Shown: in pieces, positions 18,561 to 27,431 of the stretch
Position numbering within the stretch: the first letter of the stretch is position 1
Layout: the number at the start of each line of letters is the position of its first letter
NCBI GenBank assembly: GCA_039586365.1
Contig: JBDHKN010000005.1
Span: 98,070 to 162,069, forward strand
DNA from: Gemmatimonadota bacterium
GTDB lineage: Bacteria > Gemmatimonadota > Gemmatimonadetes > Gemmatimonadales > GWC2-71-9
Length of the DNA: 64,000 nt
Direction of reading: 5' to 3'
Notes under the pieces: model-generated
Told to the model about the DNA's origin: nothing
Database searches by the model: none
What the model saw: only the letters and a program-made list of their open reading frames with translations
Translations under genes and position numbers: made by a program

Positions 18561-19771
18561 TCGACAAGCAACTCCGTGTCTTGGTCGGAGAAAGAGGATT
18601 GCTTGGCGCTGACGCCAGCGGCATTCCGAGAGTAGCCCCTCATACAGATGAAGAGTGCGCCCTCGTACTGAGCGCCGCATCCAGCGAAGGCTGGCACGTG
18701 CGGATCGAAGGTTCGGGCACGTGGATCCCGAGTGACGCACCAGCAGACTTCGCTCTGACGACCCGCAATCTGAGGGGAGTGACCGACCTCAATCCCGCAG
18801 ATCTAGTTGCCACTGTGCGGGCAGGGACCGGCTGGGCCAATCTACGCTCGACAGTGCTGGATCAGGGGGCGTGGGTCGTAGCTGACCCTCCAGGAAGTGG
18901 TCGATCCGTCGGATCCATAGTCGCCACCGCCAGCTCAGGTCCACTCAGGACAGGGTTTGGAACACTCCGGGACCAGATGTTGGGACTTACACTGGCCACT
19001 GGCAATGGAGAGATCGTACGAGTGGGCGGCAGAGTTGTTAAGAACGTCGCAGGTTATGACATCACGAAGTTAGCCGTGGGCAGCTTTGGCGCGTTTGGCG
19101 TCATCACTTCCGTGAACCTCCGCCTCCGGGCCGTCCCCCGCGTTGACGCTACCATGCTGGCGTACGGGGAGCGGGATGGGTTACTGAGGGCGGCCAGGAG
19201 TATTCTCGAAGCCGGTACCACACCAGCGGCACTAGAAGTAGTATCACCGCTCGCGACCGGCCAGTCACGGTGGGCCGTGATAATACGACTGTTGGGATCT
19301 GACGCCGCTGTCAACGCGGACCGTTTGACCATTGCTTCCGCCGTCGCTCCCATCGCTCTGAAGGAGCTGGACACGAGCGAAGCCGCCCAGCTATGGCAGA
19401 CTCTGCTGACCAAGGCAACAACGGGGGAGACAACTCTGAGGCTTGGCGCACTCCCGACTGCTCTTGAGACAGCCCTCGACACCCTGGCACACCATGTCGA
19501 CGAAGCGTGCGACGACTGGATTATGGTGAGCGTTCCAGCAGGTGTCGTCCGATGGTCGGGTGCGGCACCCCCCAACCGGCTACGTCTTCTGCGTGGGGTC
19601 TGCGCCCAACACGAGATGCCGATGACAATCGAGCGAGCTCCCTGGCACATACGTTCAACCATCGGTCATTTCGGAGCCTACCGTGAAAGCGTCGGCCGGA
19701 TCATCGCCTCACTGCGTCGATCCTTCGATGGCCGTGGGATTCTAGTGGTCCCCTTGAGTGACGAGTCGTGA
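18557..19771 (+). CDS. glcE: glycolate oxidase FAD-binding subunit
   Basis: GGRVVKNVAGYDITKL.VGSFGAFGVI; lies between glcD and glcF with 4-nt overlaps. Confidence 0.87.
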   Translation: MIDKQLRVLVGERGLLGADASGIPRVAPHTDEECALVLSAASSEGWHVRIEGSGTWIPSDAPADFALTTRNLRGVTDLNPADLVATVRAGTGWANLRSTVLDQGAWVVADPPGSGRSVGSIVATASSGPLRTGFGTLRDQMLGLTLATGNGEIVRVGGRVVKNVAGYDITKLAVGSFGAFGVITSVNLRLRAVPRVDATMLAYGERDGLLRAARSILEAGTTPAALEVVSPLATGQSRWAVIIRLLGSDAAVNADRLTIASAVAPIALKELDTSEAAQLWQTLLTKATTGETTLRLGALPTALETALDTLAHHVDEACDDWIMVSVPAGVVRWSGAAPPNRLRLLRGVCAQHEMPMTIERAPWHIRSTIGHFGAYRESVGRIIASLRRSFDGRGILVVPLSDES

Positions 19772-21045
19772 ACGGATACGGAATTGTGGGTCTCAACCCT
19801 TGCGTCCACTGCGGCTTCTGCCTGCAGAGTTGCCCAACCTATTTGGCGACCGGTGATGAGTCCGACAGTCCGCGGGGTCGGATAGTCCTGATCAAGGCCC
19901 TAGTGGAAGGCCGTCTTCCGCCGACCGAGCAGAGTCTGGCCCACCACATTGATCGATGCCTCGGCTGCCGCGCATGCGAAACCGTCTGCCCATCGGGCGT
20001 TGAGTACGGGCCCGCGTTGGAGCATACCCGGGCAATACTCGCCCATACGCGGCCCATACCGTTGACCGCACGTCTTGTGAACGCGGTCCTTGCCGAGGTT
20101 CGGCTACGCCGACCGCTTCTGGCGCTGGCCCGGACCGCCAGACCCACTGCACGAGCACTCGCTGGTAATTCACGACTTGGATTCGCCTTAGGCATGTTGG
20201 GCGCGACAGCCGCATGGCCCAGCGGTAGGGAAGCCGGTGGACCGGCACTTTCCCGCGGGACGATGAGAGACGATGGACTGGCAACACATAGGTCGCCCGA
20301 CACCAGACCCAGCATCCTGTTCATGGGTTGCATAATGGAGGGCCTGTTCGCACACGTACACAGGGCCACACAGCGAACTCTCACCGCAAATGGATTTGAT
20401 TTTGCGGCCGTACCAAGCCAAGTCTGCTGCGGGGCACTCCACGCGCACACTGGACAGCACGCCAAAGCAATGGAACTGGCGCGGACGAATGTTGCAGCCT
20501 TCGCAGCTCATCCGGACGCGTTCGTCGTGGTCGACAGTGCCGGCTGCGGGGCCATGCTCAAAGAATACGGTCGCCTCCTTGCCGGAGATCCCCTGGAGTC
20601 AGAGGCAGTTGCATTGTCCGGACGGGTGCAGGACGTCTGCGAACTTCTGGCTGAGGCGGGTCCCCGAGAGGGAGCGAAGATACGGCTTCGCGTGGCATAT
20701 GATCCCCCCTGCCATCTCTTGCACGCGCAGGGCATCCAGGAGGCACCTCTGCAGATGCTGAGTTCAGTTCCCGGTTTAGAATGTGTTCAGCCCCGAGCAG
20801 CGGAGCTTTGCTGTGGCAGCGCCGGCAGCTACTCGCTGACCGAAACCGTGCTATCACGCACCGTTCTGAATCAGAAAATCGAGGCCCTCAGAGCAGTCGA
20901 GCCGGATCTGGTTGCGTCCGGGAATCCAGGTTGCATCATGCAGATTGGAGCAGGCCTGGCTGCCAGCGGCTCCGAGGTTCGCGTAGTACATCCCGTGGAA
21001 ATACTCGATTGGTCATACCAGGAGGCCGGGATGTATGACCTCTGA
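19768..21045 (+). CDS. glcF: glycolate oxidase iron-sulfur subunit
   Basis: CVHCGFCLQSCP, SPRGRI, CLGCRACETVCP, two CCG domains, NPGC. Confidence 0.9.
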   Translation: MNGYGIVGLNPCVHCGFCLQSCPTYLATGDESDSPRGRIVLIKALVEGRLPPTEQSLAHHIDRCLGCRACETVCPSGVEYGPALEHTRAILAHTRPIPLTARLVNAVLAEVRLRRPLLALARTARPTARALAGNSRLGFALGMLGATAAWPSGREAGGPALSRGTMRDDGLATHRSPDTRPSILFMGCIMEGLFAHVHRATQRTLTANGFDFAAVPSQVCCGALHAHTGQHAKAMELARTNVAAFAAHPDAFVVVDSAGCGAMLKEYGRLLAGDPLESEAVALSGRVQDVCELLAEAGPREGAKIRLRVAYDPPCHLLHAQGIQEAPLQMLSSVPGLECVQPRAAELCCGSAGSYSLTETVLSRTVLNQKIEALRAVEPDLVASGNPGCIMQIGAGLAASGSEVRVVHPVEILDWSYQEAGMYDL

Positions 21046-22054
21046 CAAACAGAACATCTCGCGCATCGCCACTCCGGGCGTCTCCGTCGTCGGTTCACAC
21101 GACATAGAACCGTACCTGGCAGACGCCGTCCGTTTTGGAGCCCTCGTCGCTCCAGCAAGCGATGTCGCTGTCATAAAGGTGACTGGCCCAGGTGCCGTGG
21201 ACTGCATGCAGGGACTACTCACCAATGACCTAGAGAGCCCTGGTGACAACGCTTTCATCTACGCCGCGCTACTGACTCACAAGGGGATGATCGTGAGTGA
21301 CATGTGGGTTGCTCGGCAAGCATCCGATCTGACTCTATTCGCTCCACACGCTGGAGTTCACGCGCTCACTACGGCACTAGAACGCTCCCTGCCCCCACGG
21401 CTGGCTCGATTCGAAGATGCCTCTGGCCTACGCCATGTACTCCGTCTCGTTGGCCCTGGTAGTCCTGACGTTGTCGCCCGCGCAAACTTGCCTGAGACAG
21501 GGCCCGGTCAGCTAGTGGAGCGCGACGGTGTCGTGATTGCCCGGCCTTCCGACGACGGGCCGTTCACAGTACAAATCGAGGGCCCGCAACGCGACGAGCC
21601 ACGCTTGCTAAAGACCCTTGCTACAGCAGGAGCAGAGGTAGGCGCTCAGCCAACTCTCGAGCTAGCCCGCATACTGCGCGGATGGCCCCGTCTGGGCGCA
21701 GAAATCGATACCAAGACCCTACCCCAAGAGGTACGCTACGACGAAATCGGCGGCTTGTCGTATTCGAAAGGATGTTACGTCGGTCAGGAGACCGTGGCGA
21801 GACTTCACTTCCGTGGACACACGAACAAACGCCTCGTTGGACTACTCTGGGATGCTCCACCCAACCCGAACGCGCGAGAGGTCTCTCTGGACGGAACCAA
21901 TGTAGGGAGGGTCTCGAGTCTCGCCTCTCTCGATCACAGCAACTTGCACGTGGGGATCGCGATGATTCGGCGAGAGGTGGACGTGGGGACCAGCGTATTA
22001 GCCGGTGGTCTGAAAGCGAGAACCGTGGAACTTCCGTTCCAGTTCGAACGATGA
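21035..22054 (+). CDS. ygfZ: YgfZ/GcvT family folate-binding protein
   Basis: QGLLTND and signature KGCYVGQE. Confidence 0.85.
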   Translation: MTSDKQNISRIATPGVSVVGSHDIEPYLADAVRFGALVAPASDVAVIKVTGPGAVDCMQGLLTNDLESPGDNAFIYAALLTHKGMIVSDMWVARQASDLTLFAPHAGVHALTTALERSLPPRLARFEDASGLRHVLRLVGPGSPDVVARANLPETGPGQLVERDGVVIARPSDDGPFTVQIEGPQRDEPRLLKTLATAGAEVGAQPTLELARILRGWPRLGAEIDTKTLPQEVRYDEIGGLSYSKGCYVGQETVARLHFRGHTNKRLVGLLWDAPPNPNAREVSLDGTNVGRVSSLASLDHSNLHVGIAMIRREVDVGTSVLAGGLKARTVELPFQFER

Positions 22055-23271
22055 AGCGTTGGCGCGGGGTTGGACCAGGTGTGATCGTGGCCGCGGCGTT
22101 CATCGGGCCAGGGACCGTCACCACCGCCACGCTTGCAGGCGCCCGATTCGGAGTCACATTGCTCTGGGCTCTGCTGTTTGCGACGGTGGCCACAATCGTG
22201 CTCCAAGAAATGAGCGCCCGTTTGGGACTCGCCACCGGATCGGGATTGGGGCAGGCACTCCGCGGGGTTGGGGGGCCTCCTTGGCTTGGCATCATGCTGG
22301 CAGCCTTGGCAGCCGTGGCGGTCATCGGAGGGGCAGCCGCATACGAGGCAGGCAACCTCACCGGGGCTGCACTGGGAATGGAATCCGTCACGGGCATCCC
22401 CCTGCGTGTGTGGGTCAGCGTAGGCACGGTCCTGGCTGGAATGCTACTCTGGACGGGACAATACCGTCTCGTTGAGCGCGTGCTTGCGGTGTGCGTTGCG
22501 GTAATGGGAGTGGTGTTCCTGACCACGGCGATCTTGGTTGCACCACACCTGGCCGAGTTGCTTCAAGGGATGTTTGTTCCACGGCTTCCCAGCAGTTCTG
22601 AGTCCACCCGTTTCTTCCTGAGCAATTCCGAGTTCACCGCTCTTGCACTCGTCGGAACAACCATCGTTCCCTACAATCTCTTCCTCCACGCGGCTGCGGT
22701 GAACGAAAGATGGTCAGACGTACGCGAGTTGCCCGCAGTGCGCTGGGACCTAATCCTGGCGATCGGGTTGGGCGGTATTGTTTCAGCTGCCGTGGTGGTC
22801 ACTGCGTCGGCTGCCCTCAATGGAACAGAGGTGGGTTCTGCTGGTGAAATGGCGACCCAACTCGAGCCTCTCCTGGGACCATGGGCGCGCCAAGCATTTG
22901 CCATCGGCTATGCGGCCGCAGGAATATCATCTGCGATCACCGCCCCTTTGGCAGGAGCCTACACCCTCCTTGATACGCTGGGCCGAGGTCGCGACGTACG
23001 GCAAGTCGGAGCCCGTGCAGTGTGGTTCGGTTGCATTCTCGTAGGTGCCGGGACAGCACTTGTCGGAATGCGGCCCGTGCCACTCATCTTCGTCGCGCAG
23101 ATCGTGAACGGACTGGTACTCCCCATCGTCGCAGTCGTTCTCTTGATTGCGATGAACGACAAACGCCGACTTGGAGGCTACGTCAACGGCTGGCGCGGAA
23201 ACGTCGCTGGTGGAGCCGTGGTCATACTCTGCACTGTGCTCGGTGCGCGTGCCGTGCTACTAGCATTCTGA
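22051..23271 (+). CDS. Nramp-related divalent cation transporter
   Basis: AAAFIGPGTVTT, QEMSARLG, ALVGTTIVPYNLFLH, about 11 hydrophobic segments; ATG 22051 overlaps the ygfZ stop. Confidence 0.85.
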   Translation: MKRWRGVGPGVIVAAAFIGPGTVTTATLAGARFGVTLLWALLFATVATIVLQEMSARLGLATGSGLGQALRGVGGPPWLGIMLAALAAVAVIGGAAAYEAGNLTGAALGMESVTGIPLRVWVSVGTVLAGMLLWTGQYRLVERVLAVCVAVMGVVFLTTAILVAPHLAELLQGMFVPRLPSSSESTRFFLSNSEFTALALVGTTIVPYNLFLHAAAVNERWSDVRELPAVRWDLILAIGLGGIVSAAVVVTASAALNGTEVGSAGEMATQLEPLLGPWARQAFAIGYAAAGISSAITAPLAGAYTLLDTLGRGRDVRQVGARAVWFGCILVGAGTALVGMRPVPLIFVAQIVNGLVLPIVAVVLLIAMNDKRRLGGYVNGWRGNVAGGAVVILCTVLGARAVLLAF

Positions 23272-23287
23272 AGGCCTTAGCAAATCC

Positions 23288-24280
23288 GTGATGGACGTCT
23301 TTCTCACTGGTGGTACCGGCTTAGTGGGCAGCCACGCAATCCAGCACCTGCGGGCTGCCGGACACACTGTGCGCGCCATGGTGCGCGATGCTGCCGGCGC
23401 AGATCAGGTGCAGTTCCTGGGAGGCATACCAATACGAGGGCGCATAGAAGATGAATCGTGTTGGGATGCAGCTGGAGTGGCTGACGCCATCGTGCACACC
23501 GCTGCTATGGTGACCCAGCAACGATCGTGGGAGACCTACCGGGCCGTGAATGTCACCGGCACGAGGTTCGCCGCCCAAGCAGCAGTCCGTTCGGGCGCCA
23601 GGTTGGTGCATCTTTCATCTGTATCCGTATACGGTCGGCGATCGGCGATTAGCAGAGGCGCCGTGGACGAGGATGCACCTTGGGCACCGCTGGCATCCAC
23701 CGATTACTACGCGCGTTCAAAGCGCCTGGCCGAACAAGTACTATGGAGTGTGACGCGGGCGAATGGAGTCTCTGCGCTTGCACTGAGACCCTGCGTCATC
23801 TACGGTGAGCGCGACAGGGTGTTTCTTCCGCATGTCATCAGAGCTCTCAGATTCAAGATGTCACCTATCATAGGTCACGGCAACAACGTGCTGGCTGCGG
23901 TGTATGCTGGTAACGTTGCCGCGGCGATCGTGGCAGCCCTCGGGCACCCAGACGTGGAGGGCCCATTCAACATCACAAATGATGGGCCAATGACTCAACG
24001 CGAATTCTTCGCTGCCGTGGCCGAAGCTATGGGACAACGCGTGAAGCTCGTCCGCATCCCGTTAGTGGCAGCCAAAGCTCTCGCAGTATCGTACTTTCGA
24101 CTGCAGCGACTCATCCGTCCCGGGAGGTACCCCGGTATGCCGGCTTCGGCGGCTTCGTTTCTAGCCACGGAAAACCCATACACTTCGGAGCGGGCCGAAC
24201 GACAATTGGGGTGGAGGCCCACAACAGCGCCCATCGAGGCGGTAGCTCGAGCGGTGAGATCGTTCATGAACCAGAAATGA
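23288..24280 (+). CDS. NAD-dependent epimerase/dehydratase (extended SDR)
   Basis: TGGTGLVG, HTAA, NVTGT, SSVSVYG, YARSK, LRP..IYG. Confidence 0.9.
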   Translation: MMDVFLTGGTGLVGSHAIQHLRAAGHTVRAMVRDAAGADQVQFLGGIPIRGRIEDESCWDAAGVADAIVHTAAMVTQQRSWETYRAVNVTGTRFAAQAAVRSGARLVHLSSVSVYGRRSAISRGAVDEDAPWAPLASTDYYARSKRLAEQVLWSVTRANGVSALALRPCVIYGERDRVFLPHVIRALRFKMSPIIGHGNNVLAAVYAGNVAAAIVAALGHPDVEGPFNITNDGPMTQREFFAAVAEAMGQRVKLVRIPLVAAKALAVSYFRLQRLIRPGRYPGMPASAASFLATENPYTSERAERQLGWRPTTAPIEAVARAVRSFMNQK

Positions 24281-24346
24281 GAATGAACCGGTTGGCAGTT
24301 GCCGGCCATATTCCCTAGCGTTGGCCACCGGAAGAGGAGTGTTTGC

Positions 24347-24598
24347 GTGGATTTCTTCACATTCATAGCGATCATCATCGTTGGTGCCCCACTGGCAAAG
24401 GCCATTGCCACGCGCATTTCTGGGCATCCGGTCCCCCACGCACTGCGGGGTGTCATCGAGCAGACTGAACAGCGGCTCGAAGAAACCGAACAGCGTCTGG
24501 CCGACACTCTCAGCAGACTCAGCGAGGTCGAGGAGAGGCTCGACTTCGCTGAACGGCTACTTGCCCGGCAAGACACCGCCCACAGGCTTGGCCCCTGA
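24347..24598 (+). CDS. small membrane-anchored coiled-coil protein
   Basis: GAGGAG RBS then GTG 24347; N-terminal hydrophobic helix, heptad repeats ending EERLDFAERLL. Confidence 0.7.
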   Translation: MDFFTFIAIIIVGAPLAKAIATRISGHPVPHALRGVIEQTEQRLEETEQRLADTLSRLSEVEERLDFAERLLARQDTAHRLGP

Positions 24599-24615
24599 CT
24601 TACCGCGGAGCCAAT

Positions 24616-25404
24616 ATGTCGTTCGATCGCATTCACCTTGTGTCTGTCCTGCGCCACGAAGATGGGGTGACGGAGCGACTGACGGACTCGGTCGCAGCTG
24701 AGGATCCCCTGGAGATCCGCCTCGGAAACACCGCGCTTGCAGTGACCATGCGCACTCCGGGAGAAGACAGCGATCTCGTCCTCGGTTTCTTGCTCTCTGA
24801 GGGAATCCTGTTGAGCCCGCATGAGGTCCGTTCGATCAAGAGGGTTGACGACTCAGTTGTGTCGGTCCAGCTGATTGAAGATGTCACTGTCGATCCTACT
24901 CGATTCCAGCGCAACACGTTCATATCGAGCTCGTGCGGTGTCTGCGGCAAAGCTTCGCTGGAAACGGTTAAGCTCTTGGCGCCGCCCGTAGCCGATTTCA
25001 AGGTCCCGCGTTCGGTGCTGGGCCGTCTCACAGACGAGCTGCGAGCACACCAACCCACGTTCGACACCACCGGCGGACTGCACGCGGCTGGCGTGTTCGA
25101 CTTGGCGGGCAACTTGGTCGCAGCACGCGAGGACGTAGGCAGACACAACGCAGTCGACAAGGTGATCGGCGCCACTGCGGCTGAGAATTGGCCACTACCA
25201 CGATCCTTGCTGGTGGTTTCGGGCCGCCAAAGCTTCGAAATCGTGCAGAAGGCAGCGGTCGTCGGCATCAGTGGAGTGGTTGGTGTGTCGGCTCCATCTT
25301 CGCTCGCCGTCGACCTCGCCAATACTGTCGGACTCCTCTTGGTGGGATTCGCTCGCGGAGACACGTTCAACGTATATGCCGGCGAGCAACACATCAAAGA
25401 GTAA
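24616..25404 (+). CDS. fdhD: formate dehydrogenase accessory sulfurtransferase
   Basis: MRTPG, GFLLSEG, SSCGVCGK, TGGLHAA, EDVGRHNAVDK, SGR, SAPSSLA. Confidence 0.93.
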   Translation: MSFDRIHLVSVLRHEDGVTERLTDSVAAEDPLEIRLGNTALAVTMRTPGEDSDLVLGFLLSEGILLSPHEVRSIKRVDDSVVSVQLIEDVTVDPTRFQRNTFISSSCGVCGKASLETVKLLAPPVADFKVPRSVLGRLTDELRAHQPTFDTTGGLHAAGVFDLAGNLVAAREDVGRHNAVDKVIGATAAENWPLPRSLLVVSGRQSFEIVQKAAVVGISGVVGVSAPSSLAVDLANTVGLLLVGFARGDTFNVYAGEQHIKE

Positions 25405-25852
25405 TTGGTGGCTTTCCCTGGCAGTCGTGATCAGTCAAGTTGTGAAGCCACGCCGCCGGGATACCTGTGGTCTTCGAAACAAGCATCTCCTGGAACGGAA
25501 CTAGCTCCTCGGACGTTGAATCACTAGACTCGGGTGGTGAATCGTTTTTCGGGTACGCAGAACCAAAAGGACGACCTCTGTACCAGACAACCTGCAATCC
25601 ACCATGCCAGTAGTGCGAGCTGCAAGAATGCTCTACGACCTGGAGCGGTTTTGGCGTGTCGAGAGCCGGTTGCTGCGCCCGTCGGAATACCCGATCTGGA
25701 GGCTGCAACGCTTGCAGGGCCCACCAGTGCCTAGGTGGGAAATCTAACTGCCACTCCTCACAACAACTTATATTGCCCAGTTGTCAGCCAGCTGCCCGAA
25801 TTTGGTTGTCATGTGGCTGGGCCGCCGTTCTGGTTGAATCCTGGCCCAGCGT

Positions 25853-25870
25853 CGGGATCGATTCTTGCAA
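25853..25870 (+). promoter_or_regulatory. candidate sigma-54 promoter for the exopolysaccharide operon
   Basis: GG(25855)-ATCGATTCTT-GC(25867): GG-N10-GC with TTGCA, 35 nt before the start codon; the -24 flank is imperfect. Confidence 0.4.
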
Positions 25871-25903
25871 TGTGTTCCCTGGGTCCCTCAGGAGAACCGC
25901 GCC

Positions 25904-27382
25904 ATGAAGCGCATCAATACGGGCATCGGCCCCTTCGACCAGCTAACAGGTGGAATTCGCGCTGGCGGGATTTACGTTGTAGCTGGCGTCCCCGGAAGTG
26001 GAAAGTTCGCGGCTCTGCTCCAGTTCCTGAGTAGCGGCGTTGCAGCCGGCGAATCCGTCGCTCTGCTCACCGGAACTCCGCCGCACCGCGTGTTCGAGCA
26101 AGCGGACCACCTGGGTTTCGGTCTCGAGCGGGCCTGGAAGAGTGGAAAGCTGCGACTGCTGGGTTTCACCGACAATTTTGAACGTTTGCTCCAGAGGGCA
26201 GCCGACCCGGAGGACGTATTCAAGGAACTGAGCGCTTTCATCGGGAATGAGGTGTCACGCCTCGGCATCGATCCGGGGAAGCCGCTGTGGGAAACCAAGG
26301 CTGGTACGGCACTCGGTAATCGTTTTGTACACTGGGCTGAATCTTACGCAGCGACCACCTGGGTGACCCTTGGCAGCGATCTCTCCGAATCCCTCTCCCC
26401 AGCCACCGAATGGGTCCTGCAGACCGCCTCCGGCGTCTTGAAGATCGAGCGACTACCCAATGGAATCAGACAGCTCTGGATACGCCGGCGCAGTCCCGCT
26501 ACTGACTCCCAAGGGCCGATCTCTCTCGAGTTGGTGCCGCGTAAGGGATTGCAGCAACTGTCGGGCCGATTTGACAGACGCCGAACCGATGCTCCATTCG
26601 GCGCCGAGCGGCGCCTCATCCTGCTCAGCCTGGCAGACAAAGTGCCTGCAGAGATCGTCGGCTGGGCTCGGAGCCAGTACGATGTGGTAGAACTCGACCA
26701 ACCTCTTACTCTGGTAGCACGGCTCCAGGATGGCGAAGCCTGTGGGGTGATACTTGCATATGTGGATCGCCGTCGGAGCCGCGACGCGGCAGAAGCCTGT
26801 CGTGCCCTCCGACCCCTGACCGCCGCACCGATAATAGTGGTTGCGGATGATCGACTCAGAGCCTCGGACCGAACCAGTGCGCTCGATGCGGGTGCAAACG
26901 ACTTCTTGAGTGATAATTTCAGCGTCGCTGAGCTCGCGTCCCGCATTGAAAGAGCTGTTCAGTCCACTCGTGGCTTGTCACCGTCCCGCCGGTATCAAGA
27001 CGTTCCTGCTGAATCGCCTCCTGCAGTCACGTTGGAGCAAGCCGAATTCGTGAAGCGAGTCAGGGAACGACTCGCAGCTACCCATGACACGATGTTCACT
27101 CTCGTCACAGTGACAACCGAACATGACCTAGATGACGTGATTGGGGAGGTGCTTGCCCAGCAAATCCGCAGCGACGTCGGTGATTTCGTGGGCCGGACTG
27201 CTGCCGGATATGGGGTCGTTCTCCAGGGAGCCCGGCCGAACCAAGCCGCAGCCTTCCTAGGACGAGTACAGAATGCTCTGGACCAAGCAGGCCTCGGTGA
27301 TCGGAGGCTCGATGTTGCCCTGTACAACAGCGCTAATGAGGCGAGCCGGATTGCCGAGATTCTGGAAGCGGGGTCGGGCTGA
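25904..27382 (+). CDS. KaiC/RAD55-like ATPase + pseudo-receiver + degenerate GGDEF protein (BcsE-like architecture)
   Basis: RINTGIGPFDQLTGG start, Walker A GVPGSGKF, RLGID; REC-like PIIVV..ALDAGANDFL..ELASRI; GGDEF-like QIRSDVGDFVGR..YGVVL..AAAFLGRV. AGGAG RBS before ATG 25904. Confidence 0.75.
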   Translation: MKRINTGIGPFDQLTGGIRAGGIYVVAGVPGSGKFAALLQFLSSGVAAGESVALLTGTPPHRVFEQADHLGFGLERAWKSGKLRLLGFTDNFERLLQRAADPEDVFKELSAFIGNEVSRLGIDPGKPLWETKAGTALGNRFVHWAESYAATTWVTLGSDLSESLSPATEWVLQTASGVLKIERLPNGIRQLWIRRRSPATDSQGPISLELVPRKGLQQLSGRFDRRRTDAPFGAERRLILLSLADKVPAEIVGWARSQYDVVELDQPLTLVARLQDGEACGVILAYVDRRRSRDAAEACRALRPLTAAPIIVVADDRLRASDRTSALDAGANDFLSDNFSVAELASRIERAVQSTRGLSPSRRYQDVPAESPPAVTLEQAEFVKRVRERLAATHDTMFTLVTVTTEHDLDDVIGEVLAQQIRSDVGDFVGRTAAGYGVVLQGARPNQAAAFLGRVQNALDQAGLGDRRLDVALYNSANEASRIAEILEAGSG

Positions 27383-27431
27383 ACCGTGATGGAATTCCAT
27401 CAACGGTAGCTCGTTGTAGGCCTATCTCGCC

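Noticed and set aside
21682..22050. N-terminal extensions given by the ORF track (Nramp here; also GT2 from 29351 and sigma from 15865)
   Set aside because: They overlap upstream genes or lack family similarity; downstream starts have an RBS or ATGA coupling.
25904..26600. Circadian clock KaiC
   Set aside because: Single degenerate ATPase domain fused to REC/GGDEF-like parts; no kaiA or kaiB nearby.
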